From: a virus
Lineage: Duplodnaviria; Heunggongvirae; Uroviricota; Caudoviricetes
IMG/VR virus record: IMGVR_UViG_3300037483_001818
DNA: 64,000 bases
Strand: one strand, 5' to 3'
Below are positions 42,596 through 54,418 of the stretch, one piece after another (within the stretch, counting starts at the first letter, position 1; every line of letters starts with the position of its first letter). A program made the translations under genes and the position numbers. The notes under the pieces are model-generated. The model did not search any database and was not told where the DNA came from. It saw nothing but the letters and a program-made list of their open reading frames with translations.

Positions 42596-43385
42596 GGCAT
42601 CTCGTTGACTGCACGCGGACGAAAGCGGGAACACCGTGAGTCGCGCGGCCCCAACATGGTGGCCGCCGAAGATCGGCGACAAGCTGCGGCACGGCACGAA
42701 GCATCACGGCGGAGGTGGCCGCATGATCGACGTCGAGGTGCTCCTACACGTTCTCTCCGTATTCGAGGACAAGGACGGCGAGCAGCGCATCGTCACCTCG
42801 GAGTGGTTCCCGACGGAGCGCCGATGGAACTACACCGTCATGTGGTGGTACGAGGCGGCCATCGGGCTTATCTGGCGCGACGGCACGAAGAAGCCGGAGG
42901 AACCGTGAAGCTCAAGATGTGGGTCGGTAACCTCGATGGCCGGCGCGAGGGGCTCGTGATCGCGCCGTCCAAGAAGCGTGCGCGCGAAGTTCTCGGTCAG
43001 CGCACGAGCGAATCCGACTTCAACAGCTACTGGCGTGAGTGGCCGGTCGATCCACACCTCGAACCCGAGGTCCTCTACACGCGGCGATTCGGTATGGAAC
43101 CATGGTTCCGCGGACGGTGCGAGCTGTGAGTTCGCGCAGGCATGTCTCCAAGGGCGTGCGTGACATGCGTGCGCACTACCGATCGGCCTGGGTCGGTGCA
43201 GTGCTTCGCCGTGAAAAGCGCGAGTACAACGGTCGCCGGATCGGCGACCTCTTGACCGTCGTCCTTGTCGCCGATCGCCACGGCAAGCCCATGCAGCGTC
43301 GGATCGTGATGTCGATCGACGCGAGCTGGACGACGCCGGTCACGTTCGATACGACCGCCGTGAACCCCGACTGGTGGGTGATTCC

Positions 43386-43817
43386 GTGACGTTCATCGAT
43401 CGCGCGACCACGATCGCCCGCGGCATCCGCACCGATCTCTTGCGCTACGACGAGACGCCGCGCGACCTTGCTGGTCAGTGCGGTCTTGCCGCGATGCTCA
43501 TGGCGGCAGCCTTCGAGAACCCCCACGCGCTCCGCACGGGCTTCTATATGAAGTTCGAGATGCTGTTCGGCAAGCGCGGGCGGTACCCGCATCGCCACGC
43601 CTGGTGTCGTGTCGGCACGCTGATCGTCGATGTCACCGCGACGCAGTTCGATCAGAGCAACAAGGCCGTTCACGTGGCGCGCTTCGACGAGGACACACGC
43701 TACATCGAAACCGCGAGCGGGCGCGACGCGATCGACGACATCATGAACAACTGGCGCGGGCGCGAGGTGCCCGCGTACATGCAGCTCGCCAAGGGCCTGC
43801 GGCGAGGGACGCGATGA
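43386..43817 (+). CDS. Transglutaminase/papain-like Cys-His-Asp protein
   Basis: LAGQCGLAA...HAWCRVGTLIVDVTATQF. Confidence 0.6.
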   Translation: MTFIDRATTIARGIRTDLLRYDETPRDLAGQCGLAAMLMAAAFENPHALRTGFYMKFEMLFGKRGRYPHRHAWCRVGTLIVDVTATQFDQSNKAVHVARFDEDTRYIETASGRDAIDDIMNNWRGREVPAYMQLAKGLRRGTR

Positions 43818-44446
43818 ATAGAGCCGTGGCCATCAAGAGCTACCTGCACGCCGGTAAGAGTGTCTGTCCGTTCGCCAAGACATGCCCGGTAGAGCTGGCG
43901 TCGGTATCGGCAAACCCTCGTGCAGATCGCGCGGGCATCCTCCGAAGCGTCGCCACCTTCGCCACGGCGCGCGGCAACGCGATCATTCTCTTGGCGAAGA
44001 CCGACGAGGGATTCGCAGCTACCGCCTCCTGGGCCGCAGAAGCATTTCTTGAGCTGATGATCTGCTGCGCCCAGATCAGCCAACCATCCGTCGCGATCGC
44101 GGAGATCGAGCACTACGTAGAGAGCACTATTCGTCCCACCCTCAGCTCCGACGAGATCCGGCCCCATCTCGCATTGCACGAGAGTGCTCTGATGACGATC
44201 TGCATGACCCCCGTCTATCCAGCAGAGCATCCACGCTATGCGCCCCACACGATCCTCGTGGTGACCTGGAGCGCCGACGTCGACGAGGCGTTAGGCGCCG
44301 GGGGCATCCCAAAGATCCGAGAGGCCATGGCTAAGGCGCACGGGCACGTCTATGACGCCAACGAGCTGATGCTGCCGCTGCCAACGAAACGTCCGCCGCT
44401 TGCCAAGTCCGAGGCCAACGTCACGAACAACGTCGAGGTCAAATGA
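43814..44446 (+). CDS. Hypothetical protein (weak YqcI/YcgG-like resemblance)
   Basis: VCPFAK near the N-terminus and PVYPAEHPRYAP. Confidence 0.45.
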   Translation: MNRAVAIKSYLHAGKSVCPFAKTCPVELASVSANPRADRAGILRSVATFATARGNAIILLAKTDEGFAATASWAAEAFLELMICCAQISQPSVAIAEIEHYVESTIRPTLSSDEIRPHLALHESALMTICMTPVYPAEHPRYAPHTILVVTWSADVDEALGAGGIPKIREAMAKAHGHVYDANELMLPLPTKRPPLAKSEANVTNNVEVK

Positions 44447-45090
44447 TGAAGCTTGTATGGCACCAGCGCGGAGATGGTCTGTGGAACGCGGCCTGTGCAT
44501 GCAACACGACGATCTGCGGCGTGGATTTCGCCCGCCGCACAGAGGCCGAAGCGTCACACTTCGCCCGCGCACGCATGGAGCGCGAGCGTCGGTTCCAGGC
44601 AACGCCCGCGCTCGCCCCAGGCAGCCAGATTCCCGCCTGCGGTCCCAAGCTCCCCGAGCCGAACCCGAACCACCCCGGTCCCCTGGTGTTTCCATGATGA
44701 AGTTCTTCAGCAACGGAACGTGGCGTCCGCGCGCGGCCGAGATCACAGAGGTTCCGACGCCCGTCGGCGAGAGCTGCCTGGCATGCGGAGCTGCGATCCA
44801 GCCTGACGACTGCGGCGTCTTGATGGTGCACATGGACAGGCGCGGCGACGCGTACCGGCCGTGGCACCTCAGCTGTTTCCAGCGATCCCTCGGGATTGAA
44901 GGGGCGTCCGCATGATCTTCTTCGTTGCTGTCGCCGTCGCCGTCGCGGCTGTCGAATCCCACATGGCCAACGAGGGCTACTACGAGATCGACGAGGAGCA
45001 GGCCGTCTTCCGCACAGCCGCTCGCGTTTTCGAGTACGCCCGCGCTTGCTGCCGAACGGCGCTTCCCACCCGCGACCTTCAAGGTTGGTC

Positions 45091-45564
45091 ATGGTGACCA
45101 GCGCGCCCCGCCCAAAAGGCAAACAGTTGGGAGCCCTTTCCATCGCCCTCGTCGGCTGCTCGGGCCCCAAGCTCAAGGTGCCCGCGCCCGCAAGGCAGCT
45201 TTACACCTCGCAGTTCCGGGCGACGCTCGCGCTCGCCGAGCGTCGGCACCACGTCGTCTACGTGATCAGCGCCAAGCACGAGCTCGTGCAGCTCGACCAG
45301 GTGATCGAGCCGTACGATCGCACGATGGCGGACATCGCCAAGGAGTGGCGCGTGATCTGGGGCATCCGCGTGTGGGACTCGATCCTGCGCCGCCACCAGA
45401 ACGTCGATCGTCAGGTCTACATCTACGCCGGCAAGGACTACGCGAAGCCAATCCAGCGCGCAGGGTTCCATCGTGCGGCGTTCCACGAGCCGCTCGCAAA
45501 GATGCAGGTCGGGCAGCGTCTCCAGTGGTTGAAGCAGCAACTCAATGCTCCGAGGCCCGCATGA
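45091..45564 (+). CDS. DUF6884-like protein
   Basis: IALVGCSGPK...PARQLYTS.F...ISAKHELV....IEPYD...AGKDY...GQRLQWL. Confidence 0.75.
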   Translation: MVTSAPRPKGKQLGALSIALVGCSGPKLKVPAPARQLYTSQFRATLALAERRHHVVYVISAKHELVQLDQVIEPYDRTMADIAKEWRVIWGIRVWDSILRRHQNVDRQVYIYAGKDYAKPIQRAGFHRAAFHEPLAKMQVGQRLQWLKQQLNAPRPA

Positions 45565-46298
45565 CTCGGCGCCCGCCCGTACTCGTACATGCCTGGATGT
45601 CCGCCACGGAGATGACTAGCGCCTGTGGCCTGACCCTGCGGAGGGCATCGACGTGGACCTACAGCGTCTACAACGCCGCGAACGAGAAACTGTTTTCCGG
45701 GACCATGACCAGCATCAAGACGTGGCTCCGCAAGGAAGGATACGTGGCGTGAACGTTCACGAGGAAAGAGCGTGGAAGTTGCTCGTGTCACTGGGGGCAC
45801 GAGAGACCATGCTTACCAACAAACACGCGCTCGACCTCTCACCCATCCGGTTGACGAGCAAGAACAAGCTCGGCCTGTTCGTGCAGGCCGTGCTCGACGT
45901 CGTCGGCCGCAGTAACGCGAATCGCCGCCACGTCGATCGCCGCGGTTGTCCGATCTACGTCGTAACCGACTACTACACGGTAGGCCGGCCCAATGATCGC
46001 GATCGTCACGAGCCCGAGCGAAAGGCGTTCATCGCGCGGACGCGCGAGAGAAAGGCTGCTGAATGATCACCGACGAGCAGATCAGGAAGCTGCGTGACGA
46101 GCTGCTATCCGAGATCGCCCGCCTCGCCAGCACGCCAGAAGCCTGGACGATGCCACTCGACAAGGCCCTCGTGGAAACGGACTGGGCGCTGTCTTGGGAC
46201 TGGGGCTTTGTCGATGCGTCGTGCGACATCTTTCGAGACCGCAGAAAGGCCGCTCGCGCTCGCTGCGCCGAAATCCTCCATACGCGGAAGGCCACCAC

Positions 46299-47165
46299 GT
46301 GATCCACAAGCTCGATATCCTCAACGCAACCCAGACACCCGTTCCGTGGCTCTCGAGCGTCGAAGCGTTCAAGACGCCACGCACGTTCGAGTTCAAGCCA
46401 GGACTCAACGTCCTGTGGGGCCGCAATGGCTCCGGCAAGACGTCATTGACCAAGGTACTCGCGCGCTTGTTCCACTGCGAGCAGGGCAACCATCCGACGG
46501 TCTCGCAAGAGTCGCTCAGCGAGCTGGTCGGCGAACGCTTCCATCCGATCGATCTCGCCAAGGGCCTCTCGGTCGAACACGACGGCCAGGGCGTACGGCA
46601 CTTCGATCCGGGTCACGCGGTCGGGTTGATGGCAGGAGGAGCGGCGTTCGACTGGGACTTCGGAACAGAGGGCATCCAGAACCAGATGTTCAAAGGATCG
46701 GCCGGCCAGACGAACATGTTCCGCTTCGACCGCATTCTCAACGAGATCATCGCGGGCAAGGTCCCGGAGGTCGAATGGAAAATCCGGCGTGAGCTCGTGA
46801 GCGATGTGTGGCGTGAACGCATCGACCGCGCGAAGAGCCTCCTCAAAAAGAACGGGAAGAAGGGTCCGCCAACGATCCTGCTTGACGAGCCCGAGCGCAG
46901 CTACGATCTGAACGCCCAGGTCGGAGTCTGGCGCTTGTTACGCGCGTACTCGGATCAAGTCCAGTTCATCGTAGCGTCACATTCGCTGTTCGCGCTCAAG
47001 ATCCCCGATGCGCACTACATCGAGCTGTCACCGCGCTACCTGGCCGGCTCAGAGGCCGTGCTCGACATTCTCCAGAAGTGGCCGGAAGAGAAACCATCCA
47101 AGCCTCCCAAGGAGGCGGCGAAGACCGCGCGCACCGACCTGAAGAAGCGCAAGGAGTCGCTATGA
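46299..47165 (+). CDS. ABC/SMC-type ATPase (AAA_21-like), soluble
   Basis: GLNVLWGRNGSGKTS Walker A, SAGQ signature, ILLDEPE Walker B, QFIVASHS H-loop. Confidence 0.85.
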   Translation: MIHKLDILNATQTPVPWLSSVEAFKTPRTFEFKPGLNVLWGRNGSGKTSLTKVLARLFHCEQGNHPTVSQESLSELVGERFHPIDLAKGLSVEHDGQGVRHFDPGHAVGLMAGGAAFDWDFGTEGIQNQMFKGSAGQTNMFRFDRILNEIIAGKVPEVEWKIRRELVSDVWRERIDRAKSLLKKNGKKGPPTILLDEPERSYDLNAQVGVWRLLRAYSDQVQFIVASHSLFALKIPDAHYIELSPRYLAGSEAVLDILQKWPEEKPSKPPKEAAKTARTDLKKRKESL

Positions 47166-47777
47166 CCAAAGAACTCGACGTTGCTGTCAACCAGCTACTA
47201 ACCACGGCGCAGATGGCGTTCACCACCTCCGACGCGCTTCCCGACATCAAACAGAGTGCGGACGCGCTACGCGAGATGCTCCGCGAATGGCGCGAGCACG
47301 ACAAGCGCGTTGAATCGACGGTGGTTGGGCTGCTCCGGCTCGTGCAGTCCCGCTGCAAGCACGTCGGTGCAGCGACCGGCCGCAACGACCGCGACGGCTC
47401 GTGGATGGCGCCATGTCCGACGTGTGGAGAGAGTCGATGAAGCTGATCTGGTTCCAACGTCCCGACGGCTTGTGGAACGCTGACTGTACGTGCGGCGCGT
47501 CGTGCTGCGGCATCGTCCTTGGCGAGCGGGCCGAGTGCGAAGCGTGGCACTTCCAGAAGACCGACGAAGATCGCAAGAACGGCAACAAGTACTACGCAGG
47601 CGGATTCGACGGCGTCGAGGTTCACTACGCCATGCACGAGCTGCGCTTCTCGACATACTGCCTGGGCTCCGCCATCCCTGACGTCGCGCGGCTCGCGATG
47701 ATCGCATGGCAGCGTTGGGGCGGAGAGGTCTCCGCGGATCCAGAAGTCAGGCGTGTCGTGTACAAGGATACCCACCC

Positions 47778-48347
47778 ATGAGCGACATCATCATCCAGAG
47801 CGAAGCACAGCTGCGCGCAGTGCTCGATCAGATCACGTTCGCGCCGTCATGCGTGAGCATGGATTGGCAGTGGCAGATCGAAGAGCTGCGGTTGCAGTCC
47901 GGCGAACTGCGCGGCTGGCTCGTCAACACCACGTTCCGCCGCCCCGACACGCACACCGGTGAGATCGGCATCGGCGCCGGACGCCAGGAGCTGATCGCCT
48001 ACGCCGCGAGCGAGTCGGCCGTGGTGAAGACGTGCTGGCTACTCGCCGAGCTGATCGTGCGCCACGAGCTGATGGAGGCATTTCTCTATCGCGGCGTGCG
48101 CATCTTCAACCCGCACCACTCGGTCGACGAGCTGTCGATGCCCGAGAAGACGACGGTGATCCCCGAGCCGGGCAACGGCCTGCGGGCCTACCTCAAGGTC
48201 GCCGAGATGGCAGACGCCGCGATGAACCTCTACCGGTCTGGCGTGATGGGCGACCTCGCCGATCTGCCCGACGGCATCCGCGTGCTGATCGGCGCACTCG
48301 ACGAGCTGCGCGCCAAGAAGCCGGCTCATGGGGAGCGTCGCCCGTGA
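47778..48347 (+). CDS. Hypothetical phage-type protein
   Basis: HELMEAFLYRGVRIFNPH segment. Confidence 0.65.
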   Translation: MSDIIIQSEAQLRAVLDQITFAPSCVSMDWQWQIEELRLQSGELRGWLVNTTFRRPDTHTGEIGIGAGRQELIAYAASESAVVKTCWLLAELIVRHELMEAFLYRGVRIFNPHHSVDELSMPEKTTVIPEPGNGLRAYLKVAEMADAAMNLYRSGVMGDLADLPDGIRVLIGALDELRAKKPAHGERRP

Positions 48348-48645
48348 ACGAGTACGAGTACATGGCCCACTTGTGCTCGATCTACGCCAGCGATCGCGCG
48401 GGTAAGACGCAGACGATCGGCCTGCCGCTGCCCGGCACGCCCGAGTGCAACGCACTCTTCCTCGCCACGTGGGAGGCGTTCCGGCACGTGACCACGGAGA
48501 TGGGCAAGCTCCGCATGGCCGCGCAAGGGCTCCGCGTGAAAACGTCAGATCTGCTTGAGGCGTTCGTGCACGGCCGCCAGATTCCTGCACACGTCCGCTG
48601 GGCAGAGACCGAGGCGTTGATCCGTGCCGGTGAATGGCCGTGCCC

Positions 48646-49581
48646 ATGAAGCGAACGTTGACGGAAGCGGAGTGGAACCAGGTGTTCCAACTGCGCTGTC
48701 GCTCAAAGCAAGGGCAGTACCTGCCGCCGGACGCTAGCGCGCTCGTTGATGCCGCCTTCAAGGAGGACCCAAAGCGCTATGGCGCAGCGGAGGACGACGT
48801 CTTCAATGCAACCGTGCCGTTCGGATCACATGCGCGTATAAAACGGCGCGCCATGCAGAAGTACCTGTTCCTCGGCGACACGCACAACGATCTCGACTTC
48901 GTCGAGAGCGCCAGCAAGCTCGCACGAGAGCACGCGGCGGAGATCATCCAGCTTGGCGACTGGGGCTTCATCTGGCCGCGCAACCCGCAGCTCACCGAGC
49001 TCTCTGACATGCTCGTCGGACTCGGCGTCACGATGCGCTTCGTCGACGGCAACCACGACGACCATCCAACGTTGAAGAAGCTGCGGAAGCGGGTGCGCAC
49101 GCGCGCGGTCACGATCGCCACGAACGTGATTTATCAGCCCCGCGGATCGGTGCACGAGGACGAAGACGGCACGCGCTTTCTGTTCTGCGGCGGGGCGCCA
49201 TCGATCGATCGCGCCGGCCGCGTCGAAGGCGAATCGTGGTGGCCCGAGGAAACCATCACGGAGGCCGAGTTCAAGCTCGCGCTCTCGGCGAAGGACCCGA
49301 TCCACGTCCTCGTCACGCACGATGCACCCACCTATCCGCCCGGCTACTCGGCCAAGGGCACGCCTGACTACAAGCGCGCTCAACTGCTCTCGATGAAGCG
49401 CATCGCCGCACTCATCAAGAAGCACCGCCCGCTGCGCCACTTTCATGGTCACTGGCACACGAACTACACGCGCCGCCACGCGAAGGGCACGATCGTCACC
49501 GGGCTCGACTGCAACAAGCTCGACTCCACGTACCTCGACGAGGCCACGCTGCTGTGGTCGCGCGACCAGGAAACAACGTGA
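48646..49581 (+). CDS. Calcineurin-like metallophosphoesterase (domain starts ~48853)
   Basis: GDTH, QLGDWG, DGNHD, VTHDAP and HGHWH motifs. Confidence 0.9.
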   Translation: MKRTLTEAEWNQVFQLRCRSKQGQYLPPDASALVDAAFKEDPKRYGAAEDDVFNATVPFGSHARIKRRAMQKYLFLGDTHNDLDFVESASKLAREHAAEIIQLGDWGFIWPRNPQLTELSDMLVGLGVTMRFVDGNHDDHPTLKKLRKRVRTRAVTIATNVIYQPRGSVHEDEDGTRFLFCGGAPSIDRAGRVEGESWWPEETITEAEFKLALSAKDPIHVLVTHDAPTYPPGYSAKGTPDYKRAQLLSMKRIAALIKKHRPLRHFHGHWHTNYTRRHAKGTIVTGLDCNKLDSTYLDEATLLWSRDQETT

Positions 49582-50363
49582 AGTCGGCCAACAAGCGCAT
49601 GAGCGCCGCCGACAAACACTGGACGCGAGGCTACGCAACCGCGCTCGCGACCTGCTATCGCAACCACCACGAGAAGGACACCGTGCGCCACGCCATGATC
49701 GGTGACGGCATCACGATCGAAGAGTTGGAGCGGGCCGGCGTGGAATCGTACGACCTCGACGTGATCAAGGAGGCATTGCAATGAGTGACCAGCCGCTTAA
49801 CAAGAACACGTGGCCGTGCCTCGGCAAGCCCGAGGACCTCAAGGGTCAGCCGATCGGCATGTACCACTGCGAGTTCTGCGGTGAGATGCAACTCGCAGGA
49901 GCGCTGCATCTACCGCCGCAGTTCCCGTCGCAGTGGGAAGAGCCGTTCCCATTTCAATCCACACGATCGCGGAATAAAGATCGTGACGCTCATGAGGATG
50001 CACTACAACTCGGCGAACGTCGACTACCAGAAACCATCTCGCTGATCGGGGCGACACATACGCCACACGCACTCGTGCCTCCATCAAGCTTTCCGGTGCT
50101 GAAAGCAACGTGTCCGTCCTGCCACGAGTACAGCGTTACGTTCACCCGCGAAGAGGAGCGCTTTCCCTACGGGATCGCTCCACACACGGTGGAGCTCACC
50201 GCCATCGTGGACAAAGGTCGTTGCTTGGCGTGCACGTTCGAGTTTACCGACGTGCGCGCGGAGAACGAGAGAGACCGCGCGGTGCAGGCGCATCCACAAG
50301 CCATCCGCAAGGAGCAGCCGTGATGCCCACGGTCGGTAAGGGCGTACTCCGCAGGAGTAACGC

Positions 50364-51170
50364 GTGACGAAGGATGACCTCGGGGATCGTTGCAAGAGTT
50401 ACGAACTTGCAGAAGCAGGGCGTCGGGCGATGCGTGGACTTCCCCTGATCGCACGGTTGGACGGGCGTGCGTTTCATACGTTCACGCGAGATCTGAGCAG
50501 GCCCTACGAACACGGCATGTCGATCGCGATGATTGAAACCGCGCGCTACCTCGTACAAGAAATGACTCCACGCATCTGCTACACGCAGAGCGACGAAATC
50601 ACGCTCGCGTGGTTCGAGTCGTCACAGTCCGCCTCAGATTACGCGTTCGATGGACGCTTCCAAAAGCTTGCCTCCGTACTTGCTGGAATGACCTCCGCGA
50701 AATTCGGCAAACTTGTCATCGAGCACCTGCCCTCGAAGTCGATCGAGGTGCCTCACTTCGACTGCCGCGTATGGCAGGTACCAACGCTTCATGACGCAGC
50801 GGAGATCTTCCTCTGGCGCGAAGATGACGCGGTCAAGAACAGCATCACAATGGCTGCCAGTGCCTACTACTCGCATCGAGAACTCGATGGAAAAAGCGGC
50901 TCTGTCAAGCAGGAGCTGCTCTGGCAGAAGGGGATCAACTGGCACGATTTCCCGGCCTTCTTCAAGCGCGGGACGTATCTTCAGCGACGCGTATTCGATC
51001 GCGAATTGACCGCCGAAGAGCGAGAGCGCATACCAGAAGCGCATCGCCCGCCAATCGGTGCGACGTTCCAACGAACGCAGGTCGTAGAGCTGGACCTTCC
51101 GCCTGCGCGCAAGATCACGAATCTGATCGACGTCCTATTTGAACGTGCTGATCCTGTGAGCGCGGCATGA
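50364..51170 (+). CDS. thg1: tRNA-His guanylyltransferase Thg1-like protein (3'-5' polymerase family)
   Basis: RLDGRAFHTFT, YTQSDEITL, FDGRFQKLAS, FDCR, WREDDAVKNS, GINW...FKRG. Confidence 0.92.
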   Translation: MTKDDLGDRCKSYELAEAGRRAMRGLPLIARLDGRAFHTFTRDLSRPYEHGMSIAMIETARYLVQEMTPRICYTQSDEITLAWFESSQSASDYAFDGRFQKLASVLAGMTSAKFGKLVIEHLPSKSIEVPHFDCRVWQVPTLHDAAEIFLWREDDAVKNSITMAASAYYSHRELDGKSGSVKQELLWQKGINWHDFPAFFKRGTYLQRRVFDRELTAEERERIPEAHRPPIGATFQRTQVVELDLPPARKITNLIDVLFERADPVSAA

Positions 51171-51400
51171 AGTGGCGCATCGTCTCGAACAAGGGTGCAC
51201 CTGCACGCTGGAGCAAGCCGTGTGCGCTTGTTCAGATGTACGTCCAAGATCATCCAGACGAGCGTACTCATTCCATGCGCTGGCCGGACATCGAGCGCGC
51301 GTACAGCGAAGTTCAAGGCCGTGACAGTGGCACGTCAGGCACTGTGCCAAGCGCTGACGCACATCGCTGGCTACCGAATTGCGATCGTACGGCAACATCC

Positions 51401-52000
51401 ATGAGAGCTGACATCAACCTCTACATCAACTTCGCGCTGCACGCAGTCCTGGGGAAGCTCGGCGAAGCCGACACGATCATGCGTTTTAAGGGAGATGCCG
51501 TTCGCCGCGTCGCCGACGAGATCGCTGCAAAATGTCCGATCGAGCCGGCACCGATCTACCGCGGCATGCTCCTCGATCCAGCGGTACCCTTCCGCGCCGA
51601 GTCCAGCCTCTCGTTTCTATCGTGGAGCGAGGATCTCGACGTCGCGCGATGGTTCGCGTGCCCGCGCTCCATCATTAACGAACCCCTCGTGCAGCGGAAT
51701 CCAACGTTCTGCGGCTACCTCGCGGAGCTGCCGGCGCCACGGTCCCGCGTACTGTTCCACCACTCCTGGGCAAGCGCCCTCGGCGGCCTTGCCTGCTTCG
51801 CGCTCGCACACCCGCTCATGGGCAGAGAAGGGAAACGGCAGATCGAGTGGTCACTGCGAAGCCAGCGTGAAGTTATCACCGATCCGATCGTGGACCTCCA
51901 CCCCGAGATCGCCAACGACCTCGACACTGCTGCACTGAAGATCCTGGAACGGCGCCTGTCGCCGCCGTGGATCGTCGCGGAGGAGAGCATTCGGCGATGA
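51401..52000 (+). CDS. ADP-ribosyltransferase-like protein
   Basis: IYRG, FLSWSEDLDVARWFA and QREVI fit the R-S-E ART pattern; start may be upstream at 51167. Confidence 0.55.
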   Translation: MRADINLYINFALHAVLGKLGEADTIMRFKGDAVRRVADEIAAKCPIEPAPIYRGMLLDPAVPFRAESSLSFLSWSEDLDVARWFACPRSIINEPLVQRNPTFCGYLAELPAPRSRVLFHHSWASALGGLACFALAHPLMGREGKRQIEWSLRSQREVITDPIVDLHPEIANDLDTAALKILERRLSPPWIVAEESIRR

Positions 52001-52523
52001 CGAAGAAGCCACCCGTACGCGCTAATCAAAGGAAGTCGGGTAAGCAGGACAGCAAAGCCCCGCGCCGCGAGAGCCGAGCGCTTGCACGGGTGCCGCGGGC
52101 CCGCGAGGAGGTCCGTCACGCCGATCGTCCAACGAGCGAAGGGCGGGTCAAGTCGCATATCGATCCGCTTCTCAACGACCTGCCTGCTGTCACCCTCAAG
52201 GACGAGCACGAGGTCCTCTTTCACTTCGGGCGCATCGATCCACGTCTCGCAGAGGCGTGGAAGCGCGACGTGGTGGTCCACGAAGGGCCGATCACGCTCC
52301 GTCGTGTCATGTATCCCGCGAGCTTCGGCGGTGCGACACACTACGCGTACGTCGATCGACGCCTGCTCTGGTATCTCAGCCACGATCCATCCGATCCGGA
52401 CGGCGCGCGTTGGGACGGCTACCTGGCCAGCGCCCGTGATGCGCCACCGGGCACGACCGTGGTCGTTGTCGGCCGTGACATCGTGGTCAAGAAGCGTCCG
52501 CCGCAGCTCGGGAAGGGTGGGGA

Positions 52524-52733
52524 ATGAACCATCGCAGAAGAGAGAATCTGATCGTGAAGCTCACCGAGAAGCAGCTCCAATGCCTAACGTATGTTGCGGA
52601 CGGCGACCGACCGCCATTCAAGATCACGACCGTAGAGTCGTTGGCACGAAAAGGGCTCGTCGAGCACACGTCCCTCGGTTGGCGCGTGACGCCAGATGGC
52701 GCCGAGCTGCTGGCAAAGGCGCGTACGACATGA
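52524..52733 (+). CDS. Small winged-helix protein
   Basis: LTEKQLQCL...TVESLARKGLVE....WRVTPDG. Confidence 0.6.
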   Translation: MNHRRRENLIVKLTEKQLQCLTYVADGDRPPFKITTVESLARKGLVEHTSLGWRVTPDGAELLAKARTT

Positions 52734-53248
52734 CGTTGCGTCTCACCGAGATCTGCGACCTCGCGCACCGCTTCGTTCCCGGCGTAGCTGCCGACGAGCG
52801 TCTCTACCGGTATGGGGCTAAATCGTGGTGGCCAGCTCACGAGATCGGGCACTTTCTCGTCGCCACGAAGACCGAGTGCCAGCAGTACATGTTCGGCCTC
52901 GACGGCGAGTTTCTGCACCAGGCGAGGATCCAGGGAGACGAATCTCAGCCGTCTCGCCGCTACCTCTACGCGATCGCGAAGGAGATCGCAGCGATCTCGA
53001 TCTCGCAGCGCATGCTTCGCCGATCAGGGCACGTCGAACTCGCCGACGAGGAAATCCAGTACACGGACGAGGACACGCTCGAGTGTGCGTTCGAGCGCTG
53101 GTGCAAGAGAGCAGTCGACAAGATGCTCCGCACGCATCGCCTCATACGGCTGCCGGCCACGTTCGCGAGCATGGAAGCCCTGCTCGCACGCAAGGCCCGC
53201 GAGGTCGGCACGACACCGCAACACACCGCTGAAAGTGGTCAACGGTGA
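52730..53248 (+). CDS. HEXXH metalloprotein
   Basis: AHEIGHFLVA...FGL...KEIAA. Confidence 0.55.
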   Translation: MTLRLTEICDLAHRFVPGVAADERLYRYGAKSWWPAHEIGHFLVATKTECQQYMFGLDGEFLHQARIQGDESQPSRRYLYAIAKEIAAISISQRMLRRSGHVELADEEIQYTDEDTLECAFERWCKRAVDKMLRTHRLIRLPATFASMEALLARKAREVGTTPQHTAESGQR

Positions 53249-53474
53249 GCAAAGGCGACAAGGACGCTCGTGTACTGCAAGACGCCACCGGGGCGAGATA
53301 CATGACGTGCCTAGCGCGTGTGCGCGCCCTTCGAGGGCTCCGTTTCGAGAAGGCCCTCGACACGTTCATGAACAGCGTCGACCTGTTGCCCGACCTCATC
53401 GAGGGCCAGACGCGCTGCGTAACCTGCCTGCAAGATCTCACGCCAGCCAAGAGCTGCACGTGCCTGTGAGTAGC

Positions 53475-54365
53475 TCAGCGAACCCCGCCGCCGCTGTTTC
53501 GCGCTCCGCTGCGCTTGTCGACCAGCGTGCGAAGCTCATCGCCGCGCGATCCGCGTCGGTAGTAGTTGATTCGTTCCTCGTCAGGCGCGACAGCGGCTTC
53601 GAGCGCGGCCATGCGCTCGAACGCCATCGGCTGAAACGCCGAAGCGATCGCCGCGTTGCGCTCAAGCTGCCCGATGTTCTCGATGCCCACGATTGCGAGA
53701 TCGACGGGCAGCGACCACACGTATCCGAGCGCGTCCTCGGCCGACCCGATCCTGCGGAATACCTCTCCCCGCGCGAACACCTTCATGGCCACGATCCCAA
53801 TGCCGGACTGGACCGCGTAGGGCAAGAGGCGATCCTGGAACGACAACCGGTGAACATCTGCCGGGTTCATCGCGAGAAGAATCGAGTCGAAGTGGTAGCT
53901 CGCGAGCGCCCGAAGCAGAACCTCGGGATCGGAATGCCCGCTGATCCCGACGTAGCGCACGAGGCCCTGGGCCTGAGCCTCCGCGGCCATCGTGACCGCT
54001 CCACCGGGTCCGAGCACTGCGTCGACCTCGGCTTGATCGTCGAGATGGTGGATCTGGAGCAAGTCGACGTGATCGGTGCGAAGTCGCCGCAACGAGGTCT
54101 CGAACTGCCGCCAGGCATCGTCGCGCGATCGCTGATCGGTCTTGGTCGCCAAGAACATCCGATCTCGCGCATACGGCGTAACCTCGCCGTAGTTCAGCTC
54201 GGAGTCCTTGTAGAGCGGAGCGGTATCGAAGTAGTTCACCCCGAGCTCCAGCGCGCGCACGATGATCGCTACCGCCGCATTGGAGTGCTGGTAGAGCGCC
54301 GACTCGCCGCCAAGGCCCAGGATCGAGCATTGGATGCCGGTCGAACCGAAGGTTCTGTATTGCAC
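53475..54365 (-). CDS. Aldo/keto reductase
   Basis: YRTFGSTG...LGLGG, GVNYFDTAPLY, FLATK, SLRRLRTDHVDLLQIH, VRYVGISGH, IVAMKV. Confidence 0.92.
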   Translation of the reverse strand: MQYRTFGSTGIQCSILGLGGESALYQHSNAAVAIIVRALELGVNYFDTAPLYKDSELNYGEVTPYARDRMFLATKTDQRSRDDAWRQFETSLRRLRTDHVDLLQIHHLDDQAEVDAVLGPGGAVTMAAEAQAQGLVRYVGISGHSDPEVLLRALASYHFDSILLAMNPADVHRLSFQDRLLPYAVQSGIGIVAMKVFARGEVFRRIGSAEDALGYVWSLPVDLAIVGIENIGQLERNAAIASAFQPMAFERMAALEAAVAPDEERINYYRRGSRGDELRTLVDKRSGARNSGGGVR

Positions 54366-54418
54366 GGCCCCATGATCGCACGGAAGGAATACATGCCCAA
54401 CAAACGTGAGGTTCACTG

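Noticed and set aside
46299-47165. Sigma54 enhancer-binding activator or ABC transporter
   Set aside because: Motifs are ABC/SMC-type with no GAFTGA loop, and no permease gene is adjacent.
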